From Octopus vulgaris (lineage: Eukaryota), in contig OX597822.1 in the NCBI GenBank assembly GCA_951406725.2, forward strand, positions 4,588,001 through 4,652,000: a stretch of DNA of 64,000 nucleotides, in the 5' to 3' direction. The notes under the pieces are model-generated. The model searched no databases, was not told the DNA's origin, and was given only the letters and a program-made list of their open reading frames with translations. The position numbers and the translations under genes are program-made. Shown here one piece after another: positions 40,335-53,541 of this stretch (positions within the stretch are counted from its first letter, which is position 1; every line of letters starts with the position of its first letter).

Positions 40335-40736
40335 TTCAAATTTTGACACAAGGCCAGCAATTATGGGGGAGGATGCAGGTTGATTAAATTGACCCCAGAG
40401 TTCAACTGGTATTTATTTTAGTGACTCAGAAAAGATGAAAGGCAAAGTCGACCTTGATGGAATTTGAACTCAGAACATAAAGACAGATGAAATGCTGCAA
40501 AACATTTTGCCTGGCATGCTAACGATTCTGCCAGCTTAACGCCTTAAACACTGAACTTTAATTATTGCTTTTAAATTTTGACACAAAGGCCAGCAATTAC
40601 AGGGGAGGGTGTAGGTTGATGTGGTCAACTGGTACTTAATTTATTGATCCTGAAAACAAAGTTTATCTCCGCAGAATTTGAACTCAACACACAGACAGAT
40701 GAAATACCACTAAGCATTTTGCCAGCTCATGACCTT
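40335..40736 (-). mobile_element. Two tandem SINE family A copies
   Basis: Family A consensus motifs. Confidence 0.8.
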
Positions 40737-41076
40737 ACACAGAACTTCAATCGTTAATGCAAAGTTCTAGCCATTCTTGTTAAAGATGCATGGTATTTCC
40801 TATCTTCTGTCGGTAGCATGAGAAATACAACATATTTCTTGTATTAACCTATTGCACCAGTGAAGAATTTGATAAGCTGAACAACAAATTCATTAATAGA
40901 TTTCAAAATTTCCTTTCCAATCTGACATACCTTAATAAAGTCATGCACCCTAATTACTCACATGCATACTCCATATATCCATTGCATGCCTATTATGCTT
41001 GTACAGAAAGGCTTGGATGCTGCCAGATTGATGTTAGAGGCATTTGTGCTTCAACCGGTATACATGTGTGTGCGTA

Positions 41077-41116
<40 letters not shown>

Positions 41117-41687
41117 TGAGAGGGAATGCCTATTTGGGTGAGTGCGTACTTGTGTCTTGTCAAGAATAACTGTGAAGATTTTATACAAACGCCCACATGC
41201 ACACACACACACAATTTACATCTGATTTTCTATGCTTGCATGGATTAGATGGGTCTTCTCCAACAGTGTCTTCCCATTTATTGTGTACTTTTATCATCAC
41301 CTTTGTCAAGGACAACACACTGAGATCAAACGTTCATTACTTTTGCCCACGTCTTCCTTAGTTTTCCTCTTATATAGTTTCCTTCCATGTGAATCTCCAG
41401 GCATTTCTCGACCTATCTCTTACCATCCATACATGTAATATACTTACACTGTTGTCTCCCTTGTATCTTAAATCTACCATCTCATTCTTTTTCTGTCTAG
41501 TTTTTCTCTCAGCTTATCAGAACTATGTCATTCCTACACACTAGCTTTATGCAGCAAACAGAACATAAATTGGTAATTTCCTTCCAGCTTTTGCACATCT
41601 GCATTCAACGCTCACATTTTACTACTATGCAGCATTACACTTTGTACGCAAGCAGTGGTACAGTCCATCCTGTGCTCAAAGAAGGTA

Positions 41688-41925
41688 TCATCATCATCAT
41701 CATCGTCATCGTTTAACGTCCGCTTTCCATGCTAGCATGGGTTGGATGGTTCAACTGGGGTCTGGGAAGCCAGAAGGCTGCACCAGGCCAGTCAGATCTG
41801 GCAGTGTTTCTACAGCTGGATGCCCTTCCTAACGCCAACCACTCCATGAGTGTAGTGGGTGCTTTTTATGTGCCACCGACACAGGTGCCAGACGAGGCTG
41901 GCGTATGGCCACACTCGGATGGTGT
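41688..41925 (-). mobile_element. RTE LINE 3'-end copy
   Basis: (CAT)n tail plus the conserved 3' UTR. Confidence 0.82.
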
Positions 41926-42824
41926 TTGTTCTCCTTGTTATATCCACTGAGCTCTCAAAACATTTTTTCAATCTACTGCGTGCATGTGTGTGTGTGCGCA
42001 TGTAGAGAATAACATGATTTTACAAACCAACAATGGTTTGCAATAGAAGCATCAGCGATCCTCTGCATTATTTTGATGCTAATTTGACAAAACCGAATGT
42101 GCCAGAAAATTAACCAACTTCAATTTACACGAAATCAAATTACAATAAAGATCGGAGCCATCCAATTAACATAGCATCTAGATCTTTTATACAGATATTT
42201 GGGAAGATTAAAAAACTGAATAAATTGTAAAGAAAATAAATAAATGTATATAGAAAACTCAAACAAAAAGTAAATAGATGCAGCCAGTCCCAGTTGTTAA
42301 TAATACATTTAATAAATAACAGCATTGTATATGCAAGAAGCAAACAAATGCTAATTAACGTGGTTGGTGCAAACGTCCACCCAATTTAGGTAAAGACAGT
42401 CATTTTTCTTCCTTTAACTAGGTTACAAATGATGTGGTTATAGCTTAAGTTTTCTACAAAACCTAATGATGACTATGCATATGGAAATAAGTAAATAAAC
42501 AAATATAAAAACGTGTATATATATGTATATATATATATGAGGGCATATGGCTTAGTGTTTAAAGTGTTGTACTCATGACCACAAGATCATGGTTTCAATT
42601 CCTGGATCAGGTGGTGCACTGTGTTCTAAAGCTAAACACTTCATCTCATATTGCTCTGTGATCACTACGATGCCATATGTAAGGTGCCCAAGGGAAATGT
42701 CAGTTTGATGGAAGGAGTAAGCTAATTCACAGCACAAAGATTTGATTGCTATCAACAAATCATTTGTGCAGTTTATTCAGAAAGAAATCACAGAACAACT
42801 GTCTTTCTCAGTCTATGAGAGATT

Positions 42825-42865
<41 letters not shown>

Positions 42866-42969
42866 ATAATAAAGGGTGAAATTAATTAATTAATTTAGAA
42901 ATAATCATTAATTTCACCAAGTAGAGTTCGGCATGTAAAAGACCCATTCAAGGAAGGTTTAAGTAATAC

Positions 42970-43132
42970 TAAGTGATTAAGGGTTCAGCAACGATTTGCC
43001 TCACCACACACCGAATTTAGAAATAGCAATCAAAAAGTTTTGGCTATTCTTTCTACTTAAAAGGGAGATCCCAGTAAAACCATTTCTAAATTCGGTGTGT
43101 GGTGAGGCAAATCGTTGCTGAACCCTTAATCA

Positions 43133-43136
<4 letters not shown>
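42970..43136. repeat. Perfect 55-bp inverted repeat with 57-bp spacer, inside a ~275-bp insert between (TA)n tracts
   Basis: taagtgattaagggttcagcaacgatttgcctcaccacacaccgaatttagaaat at 42970-43024 is the exact reverse complement of 43082-43136. Confidence 0.93.
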
Positions 43137-43200
<64 letters not shown>

Positions 43201-43998
43201 GTAAATAAGTAACAAGGACATACAAGTGTCAATACATGATGGCTGTTTCAAGTGGCTCCATTTAATTGATCAATGAAAACGTTACATCAATTTGAAAGAA
43301 ACCGCTCTCTTCTGAGGCAAATGACCAGATAGATTTCAAACACAAAGGGTAAACCATTTTTAATGAATTTGCATCAATAATAGAAACCAAAAATAATTAC
43401 ATTGTTTTCTTATGTTATACCAATGGCAGAATATTTTAGAAAATAATGTTTATCTTACTAGGCCTACTATAATTTAGAGAGTAGCAGACAGAAATAGTGG
43501 GGGTTAAGATATAGGAGTGGTGTCATAGTTATTTATATTTAGAAGATTTTATGCTGCATGTTGCCTTCAACCATTTAGAATTAAATCCATAGGGAGTTGT
43601 CAACTGTATTCTATCTAGTTGATGCTGATAAATCAATTAACGTCAGACAATCTAGCAAACCCTCATTGTACAGGAACTATAAATCTGGCTTTATCTACAT
43701 AAAAGGATATGTTGCAGGACTGCTAGTAAGAGAATGACTGATGGAGAAAAGGTGGTGATTAGAAGAAGAAAGGAAAGAGGTGGCCAATACTTTTTTTAGA
43801 TTATTAAAGAAAGGGGAATATAATGAAAAACAAAAGAGATACAGGAAGTAGTAAGTCATAACTTAGGAAATTTATTTTATTAAAATGAGAAAAATGTAAA
43901 TTAATATGTAGAAAAAGGATGGAAATTAAACTTAAAACCTAATAATGGGATACTTTAATATATAACAAAAAAAGGTATCAAAGCATTTCCATTTTAAT

Positions 43999-44032
<34 letters not shown>

Positions 44033-44357
44033 TATATATATATATACATACACACACACACACATATATATATACATACATATATGTATATGTAGGTATG
44101 AATACATATATATACATCATTCCTTCGTTTTTACATTTGTTTATCTCTACTGGCATAGGTTGGAGTGGTACTAATTTACAACAGTATTTTACAGCTAGAT
44201 GCTCTTCCTTTCACCAACCTTTACTTCAAAAGACCAGAGACATTGAACATGACATTCACCAAGGGCGTAAACATGGCAACATTGTTTCCTGTTCCGATTA
44301 TTTCATGCTAAGAAGCAGAAGTGACAACTTTCTGTCTCTCTCACACACAAAGCCATG

Positions 44358-44405
<48 letters not shown>

Positions 44406-44409
44406 AGAC

Positions 44410-45440
44410 TGACTCTGACTACAATGGTCGTGCCACCTCTGGGATCCAGTAAAGCACGAATGAAAGTTTCAGATACAAGTCTGTGAGACATTGTGTTCCC
44501 ATCTCATACTTTCAACTCTGACTGTCCAGGTTCTTTGCGAGTATTGCAGACAGCTCTGTCATTCTATGCAAGTTTAAATGAAAATTTAAAAGCAGAATGA
44601 GAGTCCTGTCACCTGCAAGTAAACTTGCAGTGATTCCAGGTGAGGCTGCTGCAATACCAATGTACTTGAATGAACAAACTTTTCGTCATTTTTAAGCAAA
44701 GAAATGTTCTACTAGATCCAACAGAACTGGAGAGGAAAACTATTCTTCTTGAGTCAGGCATCACCAATTATTTGGTCCTTGCATAAGTTTCTTTCCCCCT
44801 TTTTTGTTGATAATCTAGAACCAAGAGTGAATCATTTTAGCCGACATGCTGTTATAGATGTCAACTGTCAAAGCTGGTTGCCTACAGAATCTCTCAACTG
44901 AGAATTCAAACCAGAGTTTGTAGTATTATGAATGAAGATCAGTGCTTGGTTGTAGATGATAGAGGTGAAGTCTAGGTGTGGATATTTTGGTTCTTGCTGG
45001 GCTTCATACTGCATATCTTCTACCATGCTGTCCTGTTGATTGTATTCTGTTTCTGAGGATGGGATGAGAAACAGGCACAAAAATGATAGCAAAGAAACTC
45101 TTAATCTCACTTAGAGATTGAGTGCAACTCTTCTAAGGTACTCTTTCAGTCAGCATCCTCTATAAACTATTTCTCTTATATACGTGTGCTTGTGCATGGC
45201 CACACAGATGTGAATACTCATATTGAATTGTAAATTTTTATGGAAGAAAATGTTTGCAAGTGAGAGAAGGAAATTATTCTGTTTATTTGACAATGAATGT
45301 CAGTGAATTCTATAGAGAGAAAAGTAAATGCCTGAAGACTTTTCTCTTGAGATGTGGAATTCATTCATTTACTTTTTATAACGATGTGCACCTGTTGAAA
45401 GGAAACTTACTCGAATGTCCTGTCACCATTATAAGCTGAA
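44410..45440 (-). mobile_element. Decayed Helitron Rep/Pif1-helicase remnant
   Basis: Minus-strand fragments in the expected order: EDAD*KSTLEE, DSMVEDMQY...PHLDFTSIIYNQALIFI, Walker-A-like GSSRTFL, IAAASPGITASLLAGDRT-HSAFK (cf. VASSGIAATLLPGGRTAHSAFK), DGNTMSHR...ALLDPRGG (cf. WDECTMAHK...LQDLR..GG). Confidence 0.8.
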
Positions 45441-45798
45441 ATATAAAGCTGGCAGTATTTTATAGCATTTTAAAAGATTCACTGTTATTTAAAGATGTTG
45501 GACGACCAGCGATGATACCGAAATCTTCATTCTTGGTTCTTTACTTCTTTAGTTTGTATCAGCTTTTATAGTGAAGGCCATGATGGAGCACCACCTTTAA
45601 TTGTGTTTTTTAAAAATTATGCATTGATGTAAGAATAAGTTGTTCTATAAAGCTCAAAACATATGTACTGCAACATCCTTTGTGTCCTGTTTTTCATTTA
45701 TTTCATTTGATACATATATCCTCTCACCTATGCTACCAGCTGGCATATACAGGTGCTTACATTTATCAAGTATTCACCTGAATTTATTATATAAATAT

Positions 45799-45829
<31 letters not shown>

Positions 45830-45869
45830 AATAAATATATATATAAATAAATATATATGTGTGTGTGTG

Positions 45870-46192
45870 AAGGCACATGGCTTAGTGGTTATGGTATTTG
45901 GCTCATGATCGTAAGGTCATGAGTTTGGTTCTTGGGAGGTGCGTTGTGTCCTTGAGTAAGACACTTTTTTTCACAATACTCCAGTCCACTCAGGTGCCAA
46001 AAATGAGTAGCATCTGTATTTCAAAGGGCCAGCCTTGTCACATTCTGTGTCAAGCTGAATCACCCTGAGAATTATGTTAAGGATACACATGTCTGTGGAG
46101 TGTTCAGCCACTTGCAAGTTAATTTCATGAGCAGGCTGCTCTGTTGATCGGATCAACTGGAACCCTTATCATCATAAGCAATGGAGTGCCAG

Positions 46193-46195
<3 letters not shown>
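45870..46195 (+). mobile_element. tRNA-derived SINE family C copy
   Basis: Shares the 3' body gccttgtcac...gtctgtggagtg.tcagccactt...ggatcaactggaaccct with 54551-54940. Confidence 0.8.
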
Positions 46196-46245
<50 letters not shown>

Positions 46246-46763
46246 TGCATGTGTGGTATGTGTTTATCTCTTACTATTTGATAATTGTTTTTTGTTTATG
46301 TTCCTGTAACTTTATTTAACAAAAAGAAATTGATGAAATAAGTATCAAACTCAAAGTAAAGAGTGGGTTCAAATTGATCATCTAAATGCAATAAGGCAGT
46401 GCCCCAGCATGGCCACAATCCAGTGACTGAAACCATTAAAAGAGTAAATAGTTGTCGGTGTCATCAAATCTAAAGTGACACACTTCCATCCATTTCCTAA
46501 TAGTTCATATTTCTCTCTGATAACGAGTCATTAAACAACAGTGGAATCATCAATGATTGTGCTGCTTAGCAACAGAAATATTGCTGAGCAGTTGTGTGAC
46601 ACTGCAACATTTTCCTTTCAACAAATCTACCTAATATTTCATATTTGAAATATAATCTCTGCTCTGTAATTAAAGTTTCCAAATAAACAAAGTTAATTGG
46701 AAATTATAAAAATAACCAAAATGCTGATGCCAGTGATAGATAAGAATTTAAGAATACACTCAC

Positions 46764-46846
46764 CTGAACCCATTCATAGGCTCCAATATGCCCATATTTG
46801 GTAGCATCCCATAATGCAAAGATGATAGTTCGTCGTGGTCTCCAGT
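46764..46846 (-). CDS. Exon 4 of 8: (D)WRPRRTIIFALWDATKYGHIGAYEWVQ
   Basis: Acceptor tttctgtcttAG at 46848-46847 and donor GTGAGT at 46763; 83 bp, phase 1 to phase 0. Carries the hallmark M28B motif WRPRRTI.FA.WDA..(F/Y)G..G..EW. Confidence 0.95.
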
Positions 46847-48603
46847 CTAAGACAGAAAAGAAAATATGTGAATCAATATTTGGATGAAAGTTTTATTTAA
46901 AATACTCTTTAAGTGATTTTTCTGAAGGGAAAGGTATAAAACCTAAATCTTAGGAGGTATATAGCATTATCCTTGGTGTATGAGTTAAGGGTGGGAACTG
47001 ACTAGAGTGGGGGTTGATAATGATGAGGTCAACAAGGGTTGGGCTGACAAGGGTTGGGTCGAAAAGTGTGAGGATGAAAAGGGTTGCATTGTTAAGGTGA
47101 ATTAACAAGGGTAAGTTTGATAAGAGTCGAGTTGAAAAAGATAAGGTTTTGGAGAGCAGAAAGTTAACAGAAGGCAAGAAAACGTGTGTATGAAAGAGGG
47201 AAGACTTTGGTAAGAGAAATGTAGTTGGAGTGACATAAATTCAGAGGCAAGAATAAACAAACTGTTTTGATTTCAATTGTGATGATGACTGTTATATTTT
47301 GAGAAGCACTTAATGCCATGGCAATGGAACAGCTAAAGAAAGCATGGAATAGATCAACTGAGATTCTTCTCATGTGCTCTAAGGTATCAAGGATTCAATG
47401 AACAAGGCTAACTTAGTTAAACTACATCATTATTGAGCATATATTGAGAACCAGCTGTTTATCTAAGGTAAAAAAAATGCTGACAACTGATAGGTTATGA
47501 ATAAAATTATATTTCTTGCAGAGATAAATAATAATCCAATTAAAAGTACAAATACTAATTATCGTGTATGTTGACCTTCAGATTTGAGTCTCACAGAAGC
47601 AATGACGAGTGACCGAGACTTCTTGAGAATTGCTGTCCTTGAGAAGATGCGTCACTAAGTGAAATTGAGGTCATGGTCAGTGCTGGCGATGTGTGAAAGG
47701 CACCCAAGCCGGTGACACTTAAAAGGTACCTATGCCAGTGACATGATGTAAAAAGCGCCAATGTAAAAGACACCCAGTACACTCTGTGAGGTGGTTGGTG
47801 TTAGAAAGGGCACCCAACCGTAAAAATCAGACCAAAACAGACTGGAGTTTGATGCAGCTCTCGGGCTTACCATCTCTAGTCAAACTGTCTAACCGATGCC
47901 AATATAGAAAACGGACATTAAATAATGATGACAATGATGATGGATAGAAATCAACCCACACTAAAAAAAAGAAAAAAAAAAGAAAAAAGAAGTTAAATCT
48001 CACAGCATATACTTTATCAGAATGCAATGCTGAGTTGAGTTATTTTCACAGGTAAAGCTGTTTTGTGTGCAACAGACCAGAATACATTCTAGAGGGAGAT
48101 TTATCTCACATCCATATACTTGTAACACTATAAAAATCAGAGATTTTGGATTCTTATGGTTGGTAATGAAAAAAACCAAAAAAAAAAAACCCCAAAAAAA
48201 AAAAACCAACCAGTTAACTATGTTGGACAACTTATCAGAGGAACCCTCCTAATGTTCACCTACCTAAGACTGCTAATCTTAGCATCTAGAATATACTTTA
48301 GTCCAAGTAAATGATAAAATTTCACAAAGCTTAACTACGACCACCCCTGACCCTGCCTACATGATCACACAATACATATAAACACAATTTCTGGTTTATT
48401 TTCGGTAAATAGTTGTCTGTCTGATAGTTAAGCCATAATGATTGATTCAGCATTAATCTCCACTCCATCTCTTCTACAATGCTTTTAGTTCATTTTAATG
48501 TTTTGTGTTATCAACCATCAGTCTTATACCAACTTTGCCTCACTTTTCTCTCTCCCTTTCACATCCGTCAGAAGCCACTTCAACTATATTCTTATGGAAT
48601 ATA

Positions 48604-48825
48604 AAGGCGGCGAGCTGGTAGAACCGTTAGCAAGCTGGGCGAACTTCGTAGCTGTATTTCGTCTGTCGTTGCGTTCTGAGTTCAAATTCCGCCAAGGTCG
48701 ACTTTGCCTTTCATCCTTTCGGGGTCGATAAATTAAGTACCAGTTACGCACTGGGGTCGATGTAATCGACTTAATCCCTTTGTCTGTCCCCTCTGTGTTT
48801 AGCCCCTTGTGGGTAGTAAAGAAAT
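48604..48825 (+). mobile_element. Well-preserved SINE family A copy
   Basis: ggcggcgagctggtagaa (A box) ... gagttcaaattcc (B box) ... gactttgcctttcatcctttcggggtcgataaattaagtaccag, which resembles the Nin/Deu SINE domain. Confidence 0.85.
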
Positions 48826-49069
48826 ATATATTCTTATGGAATTCACTCCTTTTTCTCTTACTCTTACTTCTTTCAGATATTAGACTGTTGTCATGCTGGG
48901 CACTGTTTTGAAGAATTTTTAGTCAAATGAATCAACCCCAGTTCTTATTTTTGTGAAGCCTGGTACTTATTCTATAGGTTTCTTTTTACCGAACTGCTAA
49001 GTTATGGGGATGTAAACACCAACACAGGTCGTCAAGCTGTGGTGGAGGACAAACATAAACACAAAGACA

Positions 49070-49123
<54 letters not shown>

Positions 49124-49193
49124 TATATATTTCATTTTTGGATTTGGTTTGCAAGATTCTTTATGTGAGTTCGCGTGTTGAAGCATATTCTGT

Positions 49194-50491
49194 TGTGTCT
49201 GGGGAGAGTCATTCTCTTTTAGTGCCTTATAATTTAACACACTCACCAGTAAAATTTCCACTCATTTCTTCCTTTATTTTTCTAAAATTTTCATTGCCTC
49301 TTGCAACCTTTTCAATAGTCTTGACTCTATCTGTTATTTACACTGCGTTCCTTTTTGTTTGTTTGTGCGCATGTGTGTGGGTCAGTGTGTGTGTCTATGC
49401 ATGTATGTATGTATGTATGTATGTATGTATGTATGTAGGTATGTATATGTATGTGTATGTATATATGTGTGTGTACGCATATGTATATATGTATGTGTGT
49501 GCATCTGTATATATTCTGCATATTCATGTGCTTGTACATCTATGTATGTGTGTGTGCATGTGTTTGTATATGTATGCACCTGTCTCCTTGTGTGTGCATA
49601 TCTGTGTGTGTGTGTTATGCAACTATGTCCCATGTTTGTATGTATGGATGTGCATCTCTATATGTTTGGGTCTAAAAAAAAGACCTAACACTCAGACAAC
49701 TATGGGAGTATGTCCTTATAAATGAAACTTCCCCAATACTAAATAGGAAATATACATAGTAGATATTATACCCCCATACCCACAGTTTACACAGGTAGAG
49801 TAGAAGAGTTAGTGGACTGTTATGTAGATAGATGTATGTATGTGTGTGTGTGGGTGTATGGGTATGTGTGTGTGTATATGCACATGTATGTAAGCATATG
49901 GATATGAAAACAAACAGATCAACATACAGACGGATAGGTACATAGGTTATAAGAACAGACAAGCACACATACGCAAATGGAGACTGAAACACATGACCAT
50001 ATATATACACACACACTTTGCTTCACACAAGGACACATATGGAGACACACGCCCACACATATGGAGATGCACATCCATCCATCCATACAAACACGGTACA
50101 TAGATGCAAAACACACACACAAGGAGACAGAGGTGTATACATATACAAACACATACATAAAAAAACATACAAACAGACACGCAAGCACATGAATATGCAG
50201 AATACATACATACAGATGCACACACATACATATATACATATGCATACACAAACATATATACATATGCATGCATACATACATGCATATGCACACACACACA
50301 CTGACCAACACACATGTGCACACAAACAAAAAGGAACGCAGAGTAAATAACGGATAGAGTCAAGACGATTGAAAAGGTTGCAAAACGCAACAAAAATTTT
50401 AGGAAAATAAAAATAAGAAATAAGTTGAAATTTTACTGGTGAGTGTGTTAAATTATAAGGCACAAAAAGAAAGTGACTCTCCCCAGATACA
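49194..50491. repeat. ~1.3-kb foldback (arms ~49194-49670 and ~50051-50491) splitting a family B SINE
   Basis: tgtgtctggggagagtca...gtgccttataatttaacacactcaccagtaaaatttc is mirrored at 50420-50491. The SINE halves are at about 48855-49075 and 50500-50660. Confidence 0.88.
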
Positions 50492-51311
50492 CACACACAC
50501 ACGATGGGCTTCTTTCAGTTTCTGTCTACAAAGTCCGTTCACAAAGCGTTGGTTGTCCTGAAGCTATAGTAGAAGACACTTGCCCAAGTTGCCATGCAGT
50601 GGGTCTGAACTCAGAACTGTGTGGTTGGGAAGCAAGCTTTTTACCACACAGCCACACCCTGATTACATTTTCTTATTAACTACAGACATTCAAAAGTTCA
50701 AACAAAACACAATCTGTATTTTTAACCTTAACCAACTGTCTCTATCTTAAAGAATCGAGGCCAAGAAAGACTGTGGTAACAGCAACTTAGAAAATAAAGA
50801 TAAAACATTTAATATTTTTTCTATATTTCTTCAAAACATTTTGAAATACCTGCTGACATACCAGCTTCCCATAATATTATTTTAAATACTGATTTCAGAC
50901 ATAAGTATAAGGCCTTATATTTGAGAAGAATATGACCGATTATATTACACCCAGTACTTGAGCAGTACATCATTCAAGTACAGGAGTTGATGAATAGGAA
51001 GCCTGTATCACCCTATACGAAGAGAAAGACACAGTGGATATTGTATTCTGAGATATTCATGAAAATGATGGGATGGTCATGATTGGAATGTCTCTGATCA
51101 AAAGTTATTGAGATCCTCTTATTTATCTTAAATGACATGAAAAAAAAGAGAGAGAAATGTAGGACACAGTTTCATTCCTTTCCTTGTTCAGCTAAGAATA
51201 AAAATAAATGACAACAATTGGATACAACATTTCTTTGATATTCTGTGATGAAAGTGAAAAAAAAAAAAGGACAAAAGAAAAGCAAACAAAGAATAAAAAA
51301 CCAACACCAAC

Positions 51312-51434
51312 CTTCTTTTTTCATAACATTGGAGAACGACTTGACCAATTCCATTAGGATGGCATAGCCACTGCCTGAGTCTACTGCCCCCTGAGTCCAT
51401 GAATCAACATGAGCACCAACAATAATATATTTAT
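51312..51434 (-). CDS. Exon 3 of 8: (D)KYIIVGAHVDSWTQGAVDSGSGYAILMELVKSFSNVMKKE
   Basis: Acceptor ccttcttgcAG at 51436-51435 and donor GTTGGT at 51311; 123 bp, phase 1 to phase 1. Matches GCPII [23 protein letters not shown], with the His and Asp ligands kept. Confidence 0.95.
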
Positions 51435-51904
51435 CTGCAAGAAGGTTAAAAGAAAAAGAGAGAGAGAATAAATCATAAAATTACAGTAATGTCTGAGAGA
51501 ATATCTGCAGGGCATTTATGGTTTCTCTCCAAAGTTAGAATGTAGGGTTCTAGCAGGACTGAAACTGCCATAATTATAAATTTCGCTGCTAAAATCTTTA
51601 AAAGCTTTCTACTCTGCTGAGTTATCGTACAAATTTAGTATGATGCCAAAGTGGTTGAAGCCCAGCCATTTCAAGTTAATTTGTCAAACTAGAAAGATGG
51701 AGGTATTTTACAAGGAGTGTAAGAGATCAAAGGTCCTTCATCATTTTTGCTAGTTGAATGGACTGGTGCAACGTGACATAAAGTATATTCCTCAAGAACA
51801 CAACATATCAACCAGTCCAGGAATTGAAACCACAATCTCATAATCATGAATGCAACACCCTAACCACTGAGCCATATGCCCAGAAACTGAATAATTATCA
51901 CTGC

Positions 51905-52063
51905 TCACTCTTGGAGTGGTTGGCGTTAGGAAGGGCATCCAGCTGTAGAAACACTGCCAGATCTGACTGGCCTGGTGCAGCCTTCGGGCTCCCCAGACCC
52001 CAGTTGAACCGTCCAACCCATGCTAGCATGGAAAGCGGACGTTAAATGATGATGATGATGATG
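51905..52063 (+). mobile_element. RTE LINE 3'-end copy
   Basis: Conserved 3' UTR plus (GAT)n tail. Confidence 0.82.
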
Positions 52064-52979
52064 ACAATTAACAACTATTTTCTTACAAACTGTTAGTTAA
52101 TTTAATCTGCTACAGCATGATGTAAATTGGTGTTATGATAAGTAGTGTTTTACAAGCATTGTAAGAGGCGGCAATTTAAGTTGATCCACAGAATTAGAGG
52201 CCCAAAACTTTTTCCCATAATATCAACACTTATTCATTTCTGCTGATGCTTTGCTACATTTTTGGTGGAAAGCTAAAGGAGAGAATTGGATCTAATTATC
52301 ATCCATGGGACTCTCTGTGGATATGAGGTTGGGAACTAGTACAGACTTATGAGACAGAAGTCAGGTACTTCTTTCTTTATTAGTGTTATGATTCTTCCTG
52401 ACTAATTTTTTACTATTTTTAAAATGAGGATTGGATCTTTTAAATCTGAAATCATAAGATAGCTTATCCCATAAAGAGGATAAGATGACCATATACAGAA
52501 TTGTTCATTAAGCCATTAACGTCTAACTGACCATAGCTATCTGTTCTATCTGTTTTATGTTCAAACTGGCCAGATCTGGCTTCTCTCAATTATCCAACAA
52601 CGGTATTCTAAAGATAAACAATTGCATCATCAAAATTCCAAATCTGTGAATAAATCTGAGAATAAATGTCCATTACATTTGATATGATTCAATAGTCATT
52701 TCTTCCAAACACAAAATGAGACCCTAATTCGTTGTTGCTTGACTAGTTAGAAATAGGGCACATCTCTCTCAAAACATTACAGCCTTATCATCTTAAACAA
52801 AGCAAGACATATTAGATAATGTGGCCCTAAATATATTGTATAAAAATATAAAAAAGGGATGGTCACAGTTGGAAAGCTGATTGTAAACAAGCACAAGTAG
52901 AAGACTAGGGGTGGGGGTTAAACAACAAGAACAACAACCTGAACACAAAAGAAGAAAAAATCTTAAAACAACAACATAC

Positions 52980-53065
52980 CTTTCTCATACTTTCCTCGGA
53001 TCACCCCAATAATATTACTGATATCTCTTCTTGATCTTTGGTTGTTTACTGTTAAGTTCACAATC
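52980..53065 (-). CDS. Exon 2 of 8: (R)IVNLTVNNQRSRRDISNIIGVIRGKYEK
   Basis: Acceptor gttttattgcAG and donor GTATGT at 52979; 86 bp, phase 2 to phase 1. Matches GCPII KVKMHIHS...RIYNVIGTLRGAVEP. Confidence 0.93.
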
Positions 53066-53487
53066 CTGCAATAAAACAACAAGAATGCTAAACCAGAAAC
53101 AAGAAAACAGTGTTTATACATATAAATATATATGTATATATATATATATATATATTTTAAATTAAATCCAGTACAAGGAAAATAGGGATGGAAACATCCA
53201 ATATTTCACTGGCTCAACTGTTTAATGCACAATTTAATAGAGAAAAATGTTACAATTCACATGGGTATATATTAAATTTATAAAAATGAAAAGAAAATGG
53301 AGATATGCAATTGTCAATTCAAAAATTAAAATTTATTAACATCTATTATATTACATTATATTCTTATAATAATATGATAAATAATAAACATTAAATACAA
53401 ATTACATACAATCGTTTCGATTCTTACCCATAATAAATGTGTCTGTCTGTCTGTCTATATGTATGTATGTATGTATGTATGTATCTT

Positions 53488-53541
<54 letters not shown>

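Noticed and set aside
43330-43960. Second decayed Penelope RT remnant
   Set aside because: Only faint motif echoes, too degenerate to support by eye.
44868-45110. Novel secreted peptide gene
   Set aside because: Better explained as a decayed Helitron segment, and it has no ATG start.
49039-50502. Cys/Val/Tyr- or His/Thr-rich ORFs (also at 9391-9690, 16093-16491, 31819-32147, 59119-59535)
   Set aside because: They are translations of dinucleotide microsatellites.
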